Below are positions 50,502 through 58,659 of a DNA stretch of 64,000 nucleotides, piece by piece. This stretch comes from Desulfobacterales bacterium (lineage in GTDB: Bacteria > Desulfobacterota > Desulfobacteria > Desulfobacterales > UBA5852): contig CAXXVS010000001.1 of the NCBI GenBank assembly GCA_963674755.2, forward strand, positions 32,001-96,000. Direction: 5' to 3'. The notes under the pieces were generated by a model. That model did not search any database. It worked only from the letters and a program-made list of their open reading frames with translations, and was not told the DNA's origin. The translations under genes and the position numbers were made by a program. Each line of letters opens with the position of its first letter. Positions within the stretch are counted from its first letter, which is position 1.

Positions 50502-51584
50502 TTAAATATCCATAGTAAATATTTCTTTTATTTGATTGAGGACCCATTGCAAAGGGTAAATGAAGCTTGGCGCATGGGTTCTAGTCTCAATTGATCGTGC
50601 GGCCAGCGCCATGAAAGCCACTTCCTTGGCTGCCGCTTTTTGCTCATCCCATCCAGAGGCCTCCTCAATTTTTTTCCTGGAATCAGGTAGCAACTTGCAA
50701 AGTTGCGTCATGACATCCCGTGGGAATATCCCCTGGCCTGGATCCCCTTCCCCAACTATGGTTAATTTTTGGGTTAATTTCCCGTCCCTTTTACTTTTCA
50801 AGGTCTCAAAATCTGTAAATTTTTCCGGATCCTGTGAGTCTATTGATAGGACAGCTATCAATTTTTGATATCGTCCAAGTATCCCAACCGCCATATATGA
50901 CTGTATTTTACTCTTATCTGAGCTCAATGATTCATAAATATCATTATCCGTAATTCCAAAATTTTCTTTAAAAAATCTTCTCGTGGCTTTTTCATCTTTT
51001 AAAATCGCGACCGGAATGTTGCCTATTTGGATGCTATTTAAAATCTCATCAACTTTAGTTCCTGAAGAGGCAGTATCCCAGGCTTTACCAGGAATTCCTT
51101 GGCCTTTTCTAAAAAAAGCCTTACCTTCTTCAAAATCACTATCTCCGATTCCGTAACTGATTCTTTCGTAAATTTTCAGCTTATTCTTATATGGGATGAA
51201 AAGAGAGGCTCTGCACGTTCCACGCCATTCATAGTGATCCATTAAAAATGTGATTAACTGTTTAATCAGTTCTTTCTTAAATTCAAAGCCAACGATATTT
51301 GATTTTGATAAATAGAACTCCTTGAAGAGATTAATTGCTGATAAAATGGCAATGAGCCAAGCAAATATATTGAAGAGCATTAAAAAAGAATGAAAGACCG
51401 TGGCATCAAGTAGATTCACGTCAATACTATAGAAATTAAGCAGGCTTCTAACGATTAAATCGGATAGGCAGGGGAGGATAATTAATAGTAAGGTGAGGTA
51501 AAACTGAAGGCCACTGAGCGTCTTTAGGAGTCGGGCCTTTTTGTAATGCTTAAGTCTGAGTAGGTTAAGAATAGATGTGAACAT
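50502..51584 (-). CDS. Cargo protein: two N-terminal TM helices plus GAF-like domain
   Basis: Two hydrophobic segments in residues ~25-90; GQGIPGKAW and SYMAVGI...LIAVLSIDS resemble a GAF fold; AT-rich. Confidence 0.7.
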   Translation of the reverse strand: MFTSILNLLRLKHYKKARLLKTLSGLQFYLTLLLIILPCLSDLIVRSLLNFYSIDVNLLDATVFHSFLMLFNIFAWLIAILSAINLFKEFYLSKSNIVGFEFKKELIKQLITFLMDHYEWRGTCRASLFIPYKNKLKIYERISYGIGDSDFEEGKAFFRKGQGIPGKAWDTASSGTKVDEILNSIQIGNIPVAILKDEKATRRFFKENFGITDNDIYESLSSDKSKIQSYMAVGILGRYQKLIAVLSIDSQDPEKFTDFETLKSKRDGKLTQKLTIVGEGDPGQGIFPRDVMTQLCKLLPDSRKKIEEASGWDEQKAAAKEVAFMALAARSIETRTHAPSFIYPLQWVLNQIKEIFTMDI

Positions 51585-51786
51585 ATCCTCAGATCAGGTT
51601 TTGGTTAACCTTTTTGGGATCAGATATTTTTGAGCCATGTCTGGCATAATTTGAAGGATTGCAGCTGGAGGGATTTCTTGCCGCCTGAAAATACTATATT
51701 TTATGCAGTTAGCAAGAAATTCTTAATATGTAAAGACTTTTTTTGATGCTTCATTTGCGGCATTGCTCAATAGATCAAGACCAAAA

Positions 51787-52899
51787 TCATTCTAAGGGTT
51801 TGATAAGTCCAATAGTCTTACGCCTCAAGCGGTTGGTAACATGCTGATAGTGTTTCCGCAAGGTCTCCGGCGAGCTTCCAACGATCGCAGCCACGGCGCC
51901 GATGTCGGCACCCTCCTCGAGGGCGGCGGTGATGAAATTGTGGCGCATATCGTACGGTCTCAGGCGGCGCTTGATGCCGGCGCGGATCAGGGCGTTTTCC
52001 CAGGCGGTTTTGATGCTGCCGACCGGTTTGTCGCGGTAGCGGATAATCGGACCCTTTTTGCCGTCCTGTTTCCACCAGGTTTTCAGTTCTGAGATAAAGC
52101 CTTCGTGGATGGGGACATGGCGGCGGTCCATGCCGCCCTTCTCGGCGGAAATAACCTCGATGGTGTTGGTGTCCCAGTTGACTGCGTCCCAGGTGAGGCC
52201 CAGCATTTCGACGGCGCCGGGGCGCATGCCCATGTAGTAGCTGAGCTTGATGAAGCGCACCAGGTGGGGCTCGGCCGCTTTCAAAATGGCCCGGGTTTCG
52301 GCCATGGACGGCGGACGGATATCGACCCGCTCTGGCCTGGGCTTTTTGAAATCCCGCACGGGATTGTAGGAGATCAAGGGGGGCTCCTGGCTAACCGCCC
52401 AGTTGAGGATCGCTTTCACGTCGGTTAGCTCGCGGTGGATGGTGGCGTCGCTGATGGGCTTTTGGATACGTTTGCCTTCCAGCTTCTTGCGCCACTTTTT
52501 GACCGACTTGATGGTGGTGCGATCGATGACTGTCCGCGTGGCTTTACGTCGCTCGGCCACGTAGCGCCGCATGTCCTCATGGCTGATCTGGGTGGCCACC
52601 ATGGTGCCGAAAAAGGGAAGGATGTTAGCAGAGAGCCGATAACCGAGCATTCTGCGGCTGTTGACGTTGAATTCCTTCTCCTGCATGTAGCTCACGGCCA
52701 GCTGGGAGAAGAGGGGGCCGCTGGGCTTTTCTTTGGTGCGCCGGCGGCCGAAGCCAAGCTCGTCATTACGCACCCGGGCAGAGGCCTCAGCCTTAGCACC
52801 GTGGCCGAAATATTCCCGTGTGCGATTGGGATCGTCCGGGATCGTTCCCTTGCGATACCGGACGATCCAGCGCCCGTCTTTTAGTTGGTGGACCGCCAT
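51787..52899 (-). CDS. Tyrosine recombinase / phage integrase
   Basis: N-terminal arm-binding-like DGRWIVRY, GMRPG (catalytic R), RPYDMRH, KHYQH (catalytic Y). Confidence 0.93.
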   Translation of the reverse strand: MAVHQLKDGRWIVRYRKGTIPDDPNRTREYFGHGAKAEASARVRNDELGFGRRRTKEKPSGPLFSQLAVSYMQEKEFNVNSRRMLGYRLSANILPFFGTMVATQISHEDMRRYVAERRKATRTVIDRTTIKSVKKWRKKLEGKRIQKPISDATIHRELTDVKAILNWAVSQEPPLISYNPVRDFKKPRPERVDIRPPSMAETRAILKAAEPHLVRFIKLSYYMGMRPGAVEMLGLTWDAVNWDTNTIEVISAEKGGMDRRHVPIHEGFISELKTWWKQDGKKGPIIRYRDKPVGSIKTAWENALIRAGIKRRLRPYDMRHNFITAALEEGADIGAVAAIVGSSPETLRKHYQHVTNRLRRKTIGLIKPLE

Positions 52900-52911
52900 A
52901 ATGAATCTATC

Positions 52912-53124
52912 TCAAGTTTTGGACAGCCTGTCCACAGAGCAGTGCTCACTATCAACGCCCTCCCTGGCGTTTTTTCTCGATTTGATCTCTGTTGGATTAG
53001 CTTTACAAAAGGCGCGTATAAAAATTTTTTCAATCTCTCTTGCCCGCCGGGCAACTCTTTCACGTCTAAGCTTTTCCTCAACACGCTCGACACGAAAGTC
53101 ATCTAATACGATCAATTTCCCCAT
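52912..53124 (-). CDS. Small basic hypothetical protein (70 aa) directly upstream of the integrase
   Basis: SD AAAGGAGG before MGKLIVLDDFR; stop 12 bp before the int start. Confidence 0.65.
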   Translation of the reverse strand: MGKLIVLDDFRVERVEEKLRRERVARRAREIEKIFIRAFCKANPTEIKSRKNAREGVDSEHCSVDRLSKT

Positions 53125-53136
53125 TTGAACCTCCTT

Positions 53137-53315
53137 TAAAAACAAAACGCGCCGAGTGCTCTCAAGCCCCAATAAGGCTCCCCGGCCCTCACGGAATCCG
53201 GGACACTCGGCGCGCGTCATTTTTAAAGACTAAATAAAAATTCCAGATAACGGACTGGAAGCCGTATTGGGTTTGAGAGGGTTTAATTATTACCCAATCC
53301 AACAGCGGAGATCAA
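53137..53315 (-). promoter_or_regulatory. Promoter and attenuator/antisense-like leader of the integrase operon
   Basis: TTGATC-N17-TAATAA; stem CGCGCCGAGTG/CACTCGGCGCG followed by a U tract; loop segment complementary to leader 5' segment 53265-53279. Confidence 0.6.
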
Positions 53316-53501
53316 GTAAAAAGAAACGGCTCGAAATCGGCCATGGTTAGTGTAAGCGTTAACCCGAGATCGTCCAATAAACGTGAAATGGCGCCGTCGG
53401 TTTTACGGGCCGTGCTATAAAAAGTGGCAAAATAGATGTTTAGGACTATAATTTATTTCAAAAGCTGCAAGAGGCCTTCTGATAATTAATTTCCATAGTG
53501 G

Positions 53502-53735
53502 CTAAGGGCATTGCAGCTTAGATAATCTTCTCTTTCCTTCAAGCATACGATAGCGCCGATACAATCCAGGCTTAAAGATCGCCCATAGGAGAAGATAAAA
53601 ATTCGTGCCGTCGCCGTACCCCGGGTTGCGATTCGCCCGAAAGCAAAGACATCCGTCGCAATCAAGGTCATCATCATTGGCCCTGGCGACGGTCATTAAG
53701 CAGTCCGCATACCGTTTGCAATCCGGTTTTCGCAT
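53502..53735 (-). CDS. Small Cys-rich hypothetical protein (77 aa)
   Basis: C-x5-C-x13-C-x2-C pattern; co-oriented with the element genes; weak SD. Confidence 0.5.
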   Translation of the reverse strand: MRKPDCKRYADCLMTVARANDDDLDCDGCLCFRANRNPGYGDGTNFYLLLWAIFKPGLYRRYRMLEGKRRLSKLQCP

Positions 53736-53981
53736 GGCATGAAAATAGGGTGTGGGCGGGTTACCCCGCCCGTGGCAATGAGGGGCATCAAAAGGAAATG
53801 GTCATCGCGGACCCCAAATGCCTCACCCACCACGACCCGCGATCACCCGCACGTTGATTATGGCGCCTTTTTTACGGTTGACGAGACCGCCAGGGATGGC
53901 CCCATGACCTAAATGCTTTTCCCTGTAGACGCAGGCGGGGAGGGTGCCGGGAAGAGCACAAACCGCCTGCGCCTAAGTCTG

Positions 53982-55808
53982 TTACGGAGCGTTATGGCCT
54001 GCACAGAAGGCGCCGGCCTGGCGAACGCCTAAATCGCAATCAAACAGCGCCCGGACGCGGACGTTGCCGGAAGTAAATCCCGTATAGGGATCAGCCAGCA
54101 GCTCCAGGACACCCCAGTGACCGATAAGCAGCTGGGAGAAGTCGCCCAAAAGAATATACCCGGTGGGCATCTGGTTGGTAGCAAAAGCCCGATAGCCGTT
54201 CACGCGCCCTTCGCCGGGCTCCGCGCTGTTCTCCCACACAAAAACGGGATAACCGGCAATTTTGGGTTGGGTCTTTAAGCCTTTGCAAAGCGCCGGCGTC
54301 GTGAGATATGCGCAGCCCTTGGGATCTACGTTGGCGGTCAGGACATCTTCTTCAAGCTCGCAGACTTCCGCAAACGTGGGGGTGTCCGCCACAAAGTCCA
54401 CGACGCCGATACCCGTGGTGACCAGGATCCCGGATGGCTGATTGTCCGCACCGGTACCGTTGATGCCGGCGGAATCCACCGCAACGGCCACCGTGTCAGC
54501 CAGGTCCTGGCGGACCAGGTTTTCAATGTCCGGACTGGACTGGACCAGCATCCGGTGGGAGAACTCCACCAGGCCGGCAACGGTGTGCGGCGTCAAGGGA
54601 ACAGCGCCGAACGCCGGAGTGGATTCGGTGATTTCTCCGGATCCGTCGTTGGCGATCCAGTAGGCCGAGGCCGCCCCTGTTTTTTTAGGGATGGACACAT
54701 TGCCGATAAGGCCGGAAATGATCCGCGCCCCCAGGGCTTGCAGCAGCATGCGGTTGCGCAGCACGTCAATAAACTGGTCGGCAAGGTGCTGTGTTTCGAC
54801 CAGGTTGCTTCCGGTGCCGGCATAGGTGATGTCACGCCGGCCGTATGTCTTCTGAATATCCAGGGGAATCAGAATGCCCTTGGCTTCCCGGCCGAGCTTT
54901 TTGGCCGTAGCTTCCGAGCATTCCAGCTCGAAGCCGGCATGACGGGCGAACTTGTGGTCAACCAACGCCAGGATTGCATTGGATATGCTGTAGCGCTGCA
55001 TTTCGCGTCCGGACAGGCCGAGCTCGAAGCCTCCCATCCCTGCATACATGGTATCGCCGGCCGGAAAAGGTCCCGAAACCATGGGACGTGCATTCGCCCC
55101 ACTCCGATCCATGACAAAGTTGCGGAACTCATCGAGCGTCTTTCCCTGTTCCATAAACTCCAATGCTTCCTTTTGGAGGCCGGTTCGTTTGCCGATGGCG
55201 ATGATTTCAAGATGGTCATTACTCAGATTGCCGTTGTCTCTGGTGGTCGCGGATGCGCCTTTCATTGGAAACTCCCTCCGTTCAATAATCGTTTCGAATT
55301 TATCACCGCCGGCGGCCGCCCGTCCGAAGCCCACGGAAATATCGGCTGGGACCGCCACAATCGAAATTTCGAGCGGCTCCCAGTCGGTGGCACGGAAAAT
55401 AGGGTTGTCCGGATCCGACTCCTCCTGAACCATTTTATGGATACAATATCCGACTGATACATTCTGACGGATACCGTCGATGACATCCTGATAGATTTCT
55501 TCTCCTGCATCCGACTTCGAGAAACGCACTGTGGCCCGGCACTTGCCGCCCTGTATCTTGGCATCCTCGACAACCCCGACCTGCTTCCCGGTGTCATGAT
55601 CCAGGAGCACGGCGCCGCCCCTTTTGATGCGATCCAGGCGAACGGATCCCGGGCGATGGTCAAGGATTTCGGTGCCGAAATAGCGCTCGAAGGGGTCTTC
55701 TGAGGAAAAGGAAAGATTCAGTGTCCGATCTTTTTTCCGGGCACGCTGGACCTGGTCAATTTTTACATCGCGGAATAGTTTGGATGGCGTTTGGATCTTG
55801 CGAGGCAT
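53982..55808 (-). CDS. Fused prohead protease-scaffold-major capsid protein (HK97 fold)
   Basis: Protease: LSFSSE, VLLDHD, NVSVGY, WEPLEISIVAVPAD; capsid: FIDVLRN, GTGADNQPSGI, GDFSQLLIGHWG, DLGVRQAGAF. Confidence 0.9.
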   Translation of the reverse strand: MPRKIQTPSKLFRDVKIDQVQRARKKDRTLNLSFSSEDPFERYFGTEILDHRPGSVRLDRIKRGGAVLLDHDTGKQVGVVEDAKIQGGKCRATVRFSKSDAGEEIYQDVIDGIRQNVSVGYCIHKMVQEESDPDNPIFRATDWEPLEISIVAVPADISVGFGRAAAGGDKFETIIERREFPMKGASATTRDNGNLSNDHLEIIAIGKRTGLQKEALEFMEQGKTLDEFRNFVMDRSGANARPMVSGPFPAGDTMYAGMGGFELGLSGREMQRYSISNAILALVDHKFARHAGFELECSEATAKKLGREAKGILIPLDIQKTYGRRDITYAGTGSNLVETQHLADQFIDVLRNRMLLQALGARIISGLIGNVSIPKKTGAASAYWIANDGSGEITESTPAFGAVPLTPHTVAGLVEFSHRMLVQSSPDIENLVRQDLADTVAVAVDSAGINGTGADNQPSGILVTTGIGVVDFVADTPTFAEVCELEEDVLTANVDPKGCAYLTTPALCKGLKTQPKIAGYPVFVWENSAEPGEGRVNGYRAFATNQMPTGYILLGDFSQLLIGHWGVLELLADPYTGFTSGNVRVRALFDCDLGVRQAGAFCAGHNAP

Positions 55809-55911
55809 GCGACCCCCTCCCGGATAGAGAAGAATTAAGGTGATGCCTTGCGTTTTTCATATTTTGGGGTGTCAGGGGAAGCACCAGCGCCGCCAATGGC
55901 ACGGATGGCAC

Positions 55912-56130
55912 TTAAAGTTGATTTGTGCGGCCTGTTTCGAGGGAAAATGCGGCTTCCTGCCGGCGAATATAGTCATTAAGGCTGTCCTCGCGCACCCGTA
56001 TGCAGCGCTGTCCGAAGCGTGCCGCCACGATCGCGCCGCTTTCGATCAGCCGGTAAGCGGCCCGTTTGGAAATATCCAGGCGCTCGGCAACGGTCGTAGG
56101 CCTCAGCCATTTGGTTTTAGTAGAAGACAT
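55912..56130 (-). CDS. Excisionase/AlpA-like helix-turn-helix protein (HTH_17)
   Basis: WLRPTTVAERLDISKRAAYRLIESGAIVAARFG...IRV. Confidence 0.85.
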   Translation of the reverse strand: MSSTKTKWLRPTTVAERLDISKRAAYRLIESGAIVAARFGQRCIRVREDSLNDYIRRQEAAFSLETGRTNQL

Positions 56131-56165
56131 CCGCCCCCGCTTGAACATCCTTTCCAAAACGGAAA

Positions 56166-56480
56166 TGGTCCTGCTGGTCCTGGCCTGGTCATGCGGCCGT
56201 CATTTACCGCAATAAACTGAATCTATAGGGAAAATTAAAAAGCGTTCGGTGCTCTGGACAAAAAAAGACCAGATCCTGAAATCTATTTATATAAAAATAT
56301 ATTTTTTTTATTTACTTCTTTATTTTGGCTAATAAAGGTCCTAAAGGTCTCAAGATAGCGAAATAATTAAAAATCGAAACTGGACCATGCCAGGACCATA
56401 GATGCTTTTTTGGTAAATTAGCCAACAGTTTTTAGGACTATTAGGGGTATTGTCCTATTCAATCATCCTAAATGGTCCTA
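56166..56480. repeat. AT-rich iteron-like array (putative replication origin)
   Basis: About 11 copies of a (T/A)GGTCC(T)-like motif in both orientations around an AT-rich core. Confidence 0.6.
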
Positions 56481-56493
56481 TGGGAGCACCCGT

Positions 56494-57039
56494 TTAGGCC
56501 GCTTTACTGGCTTGGTAGGCCCTCCCCTGGGCGGTCAGCCGCAGGCCAAGATAGAAGACGATCGATCGCTTTTCACGCTGGAAATGCTTGCCGAACTCGA
56601 CGCCAAATCGTTTCCAGCTGGGCGGATCCTCGCCGGCGGTCGACTCCCACCACCTGCGAAAGGCCTCATACACCTGGCGAGCCGGCACCCGCGATCCGTC
56701 CGGAGCCGGCGAAATGCAGACCTTCGCGAAGTCGACCACGGCCCGCGCCAGGCCCTGGTCATCACCACAGCTCGGCAGCGGCTCATATCGTCCCGCCAGG
56801 GCGCCGGCAAGCTTGGCCGCGTTCCGCCTGGTGGCCCTTGCTTGGTCGGCTGCCAGGGATGCCTGGCGCTCGATGGCGGCCGCTGCGGCAAGGAAGCCCT
56901 TCATCCCTCGCTCGGCATCGAGGCGGCCGGCCTGGTAGCCTTCCGCAAATATTTCCTCGCAAATCCGTGGGAACCGTCTTTTGATGCTTTCAACGGTTGG
57001 GGTCTCCACTTGGTCAAGCAGGCTTATTTTTTTCCCCAT
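56494..57039 (-). CDS. Protein with C-terminal D5/P4-alpha-like winged-helix DNA-binding domain
   Basis: VVDFAKVCI...VPARQVYEAFRRWW...SWKRFGVEF...FYLGLRL; no Walker motifs; SD GAGGTG. Confidence 0.7.
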   Translation of the reverse strand: MGKKISLLDQVETPTVESIKRRFPRICEEIFAEGYQAGRLDAERGMKGFLAAAAAIERQASLAADQARATRRNAAKLAGALAGRYEPLPSCGDDQGLARAVVDFAKVCISPAPDGSRVPARQVYEAFRRWWESTAGEDPPSWKRFGVEFGKHFQREKRSIVFYLGLRLTAQGRAYQASKAA

Positions 57040-57310
57040 GGGGACACCTCATTCCATTTTCCATTCCATTTTCAATTTTCACCTGGGCACTTTGATCGCG
57101 ACCGGCCAAACCGCATATGGCGACCTCTGAGGAAGGACCCGCTGTGCCGATTGCCATTTTAGGACCTTTGGCTAGTCTGCCTGAAAGGTGAGGAGGCGGG
57201 GCGACGGCGACGGCGGACAGCTTTGAAGAGGAATCCTGTCTATTTTGATTCCATCCAAAGTAGCAATGTAGATCAGTAGCCGACATGCCCCAACTCCCCT
57301 TTGGCAATCT

Positions 57311-57679
57311 TCATGGAAGAGTCATAATTGTGAGTGGTTTACCAGAGGCTTTTGCCTTCTCGCGTGAATCTGGCGTTGACATGGCTTTCAACTGTTGGCC
57401 AAGTCGCTGCATCTCTTTTTCGATCTCATTAGAATCAAATCCTAACGCTTCCATTTTAAAACCCACGCTCCTAATCTTTGAATCGGCGTTTATTTCCTTT
57501 GGATCAATTCCGGCCTCTCCATACCAATAAGCGAGCTTTTGACGACGGAAGAACGCCTCCTTCTCAATCAATTTGGACAGGAGTTTGGGAATAGCAATTC
57601 CAGACTCTCCCGCCATTTGTTGAAGCTTTTCGTGCGTGTCATCCTGCAGCCTTACTGAAACAACTTTCGTCGGTGACAT
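57311..57679 (-). CDS. Ribbon-helix-helix (CopG-like) regulator
   Basis: Start reassigned to MSPTKVVSVRLQDDTHEKLQQMA after SD AAGGAGG. Confidence 0.72.
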   Translation of the reverse strand: MSPTKVVSVRLQDDTHEKLQQMAGESGIAIPKLLSKLIEKEAFFRRQKLAYWYGEAGIDPKEINADSKIRSVGFKMEALGFDSNEIEKEMQRLGQQLKAMSTPDSREKAKASGKPLTIMTLP

Positions 57680-57880
57680 AAATCCTCCTTTTGGAATTGA
57701 ATACAAATAATTACAAACGTAGTCGTATAGACTACAAAAGTCAATGAAAATTGTCAGAACATCTGGAGGCATCGAGTTGTGAAGATAAATTTCTTTTTCC
57801 CTGGTGAAGCTAATTTTTTGTGGGGGGTGTGGGGTAAAGGAGGATATCGGACAGACAAATGGTAACACCTGTGTTACCAA

Positions 57881-57924
57881 AAACACTTAGGGCCGCCTCG
57901 TTGAGAAGCGGCCCTAAGTGTTTG
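57881..57924 (-). terminator. Element-supplied terminator downstream of tRNA-Val
   Basis: AAACACTTAGGGCCGC/GCGGCCCTAAGTGTTT inverted repeat followed by a U tract on the minus strand. Confidence 0.8.
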
Positions 57925-57933
57925 TTCTCATTA

Positions 57934-58008
57934 TGGTAGGCACGATTGGATTTGAACCAACGACTTCTACCGTGTCAGGGTAGCGCTCTCCCCCTGAGCT
58001 ACGTGCCT
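57934..58008 (-). tRNA. tRNA-Val (anticodon GAC)
   Basis: AGGCACGTAGCTCAG...CTACC-CTGACAC-GGTAG...GGTTCAAATCC...CGTGCCTACCA, 75 nt with encoded CCA. Confidence 0.97.
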
Positions 58009-58086
58009 ATAAACTGTAAAAGGGGCAATTAGCACCCCGGGCCGGTCCTGTCAAGGGAAATAGCGAATTCCCAACAATGTCAACGC

Positions 58087-58641
58087 TTAGCGCTTAAGGT
58101 CGATCGAAGGGTCTTCGTTCAATAACCGAATGCCTAAATACAGGTAGTGCAGCCCGGAGGCCAGGCTTAAGCCTGTGGTCAGCCAGAACAAGGGCACCAG
58201 CGCGGAGTGGACGGCGGTGATTTCCCGCGCCAGGAGGACCGCCAGAACGGTCGCCAATTGGGCCGCGGTGGTGCATTTGCTGACCATGCTGGGCTTGACG
58301 GTGACGGCGATATTGAAATAGCGCAGGATGGCAATGCCGGTGAGGATCAGGATATCGCGGCTGATGACCACCACGGCCAGCCAGCTGGGAATGGTCTGCT
58401 GCACGGCCAGGGCCACGAAGGCCGATATCAGCAGAAGCTTGTCGGCAATGGGGTCGAGGTGGGCCCCCAGGACGGTTTTCTGGTTGAACCAGCGGGCAAA
58501 AAGCCCGTCCAGCCCGTCACTGACACCGGCCAGAAAGAACATCAGGAGCGCCAGCCGGTAATGCCCCTTGATCATAAAGATCACGAACAGCGGCGTGATC
58601 AGGATTCTGAAAAGCGTCAGCAGATTGGGGATGTTGATCAT
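58087..58641 (-). CDS. CDP-alcohol phosphatidyltransferase (PgsA-like)
   Basis: NIPNLLTLFR, SDGLDGLFAR, GAHLDPIADK. Confidence 0.9.
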   Translation of the reverse strand: MINIPNLLTLFRILITPLFVIFMIKGHYRLALLMFFLAGVSDGLDGLFARWFNQKTVLGAHLDPIADKLLLISAFVALAVQQTIPSWLAVVVISRDILILTGIAILRYFNIAVTVKPSMVSKCTTAAQLATVLAVLLAREITAVHSALVPLFWLTTGLSLASGLHYLYLGIRLLNEDPSIDLKR

Positions 58642-58659
58642 GGCGCCGCAGGGCCGCCG

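Larger units (their letters stand above)
50002..57980 (-). mobile_element. Integrated phage-satellite-like element (~7.9 kb) in tRNA-Val(GAC)
   Basis: 47-bp direct repeats, tyrosine integrase, protease-capsid fusion, Xis-like HTH, RHH, winged-helix protein, AT-rich cargo; all genes on the minus strand. Confidence 0.9.

Noticed and set aside
50002..57980. Complete prophage or encapsulin locus
   Set aside because: No portal, terminase, tail or lysis genes; the shell protein carries a phage protease domain and sits in an integrase-bearing element with no encapsulin cargo enzyme.
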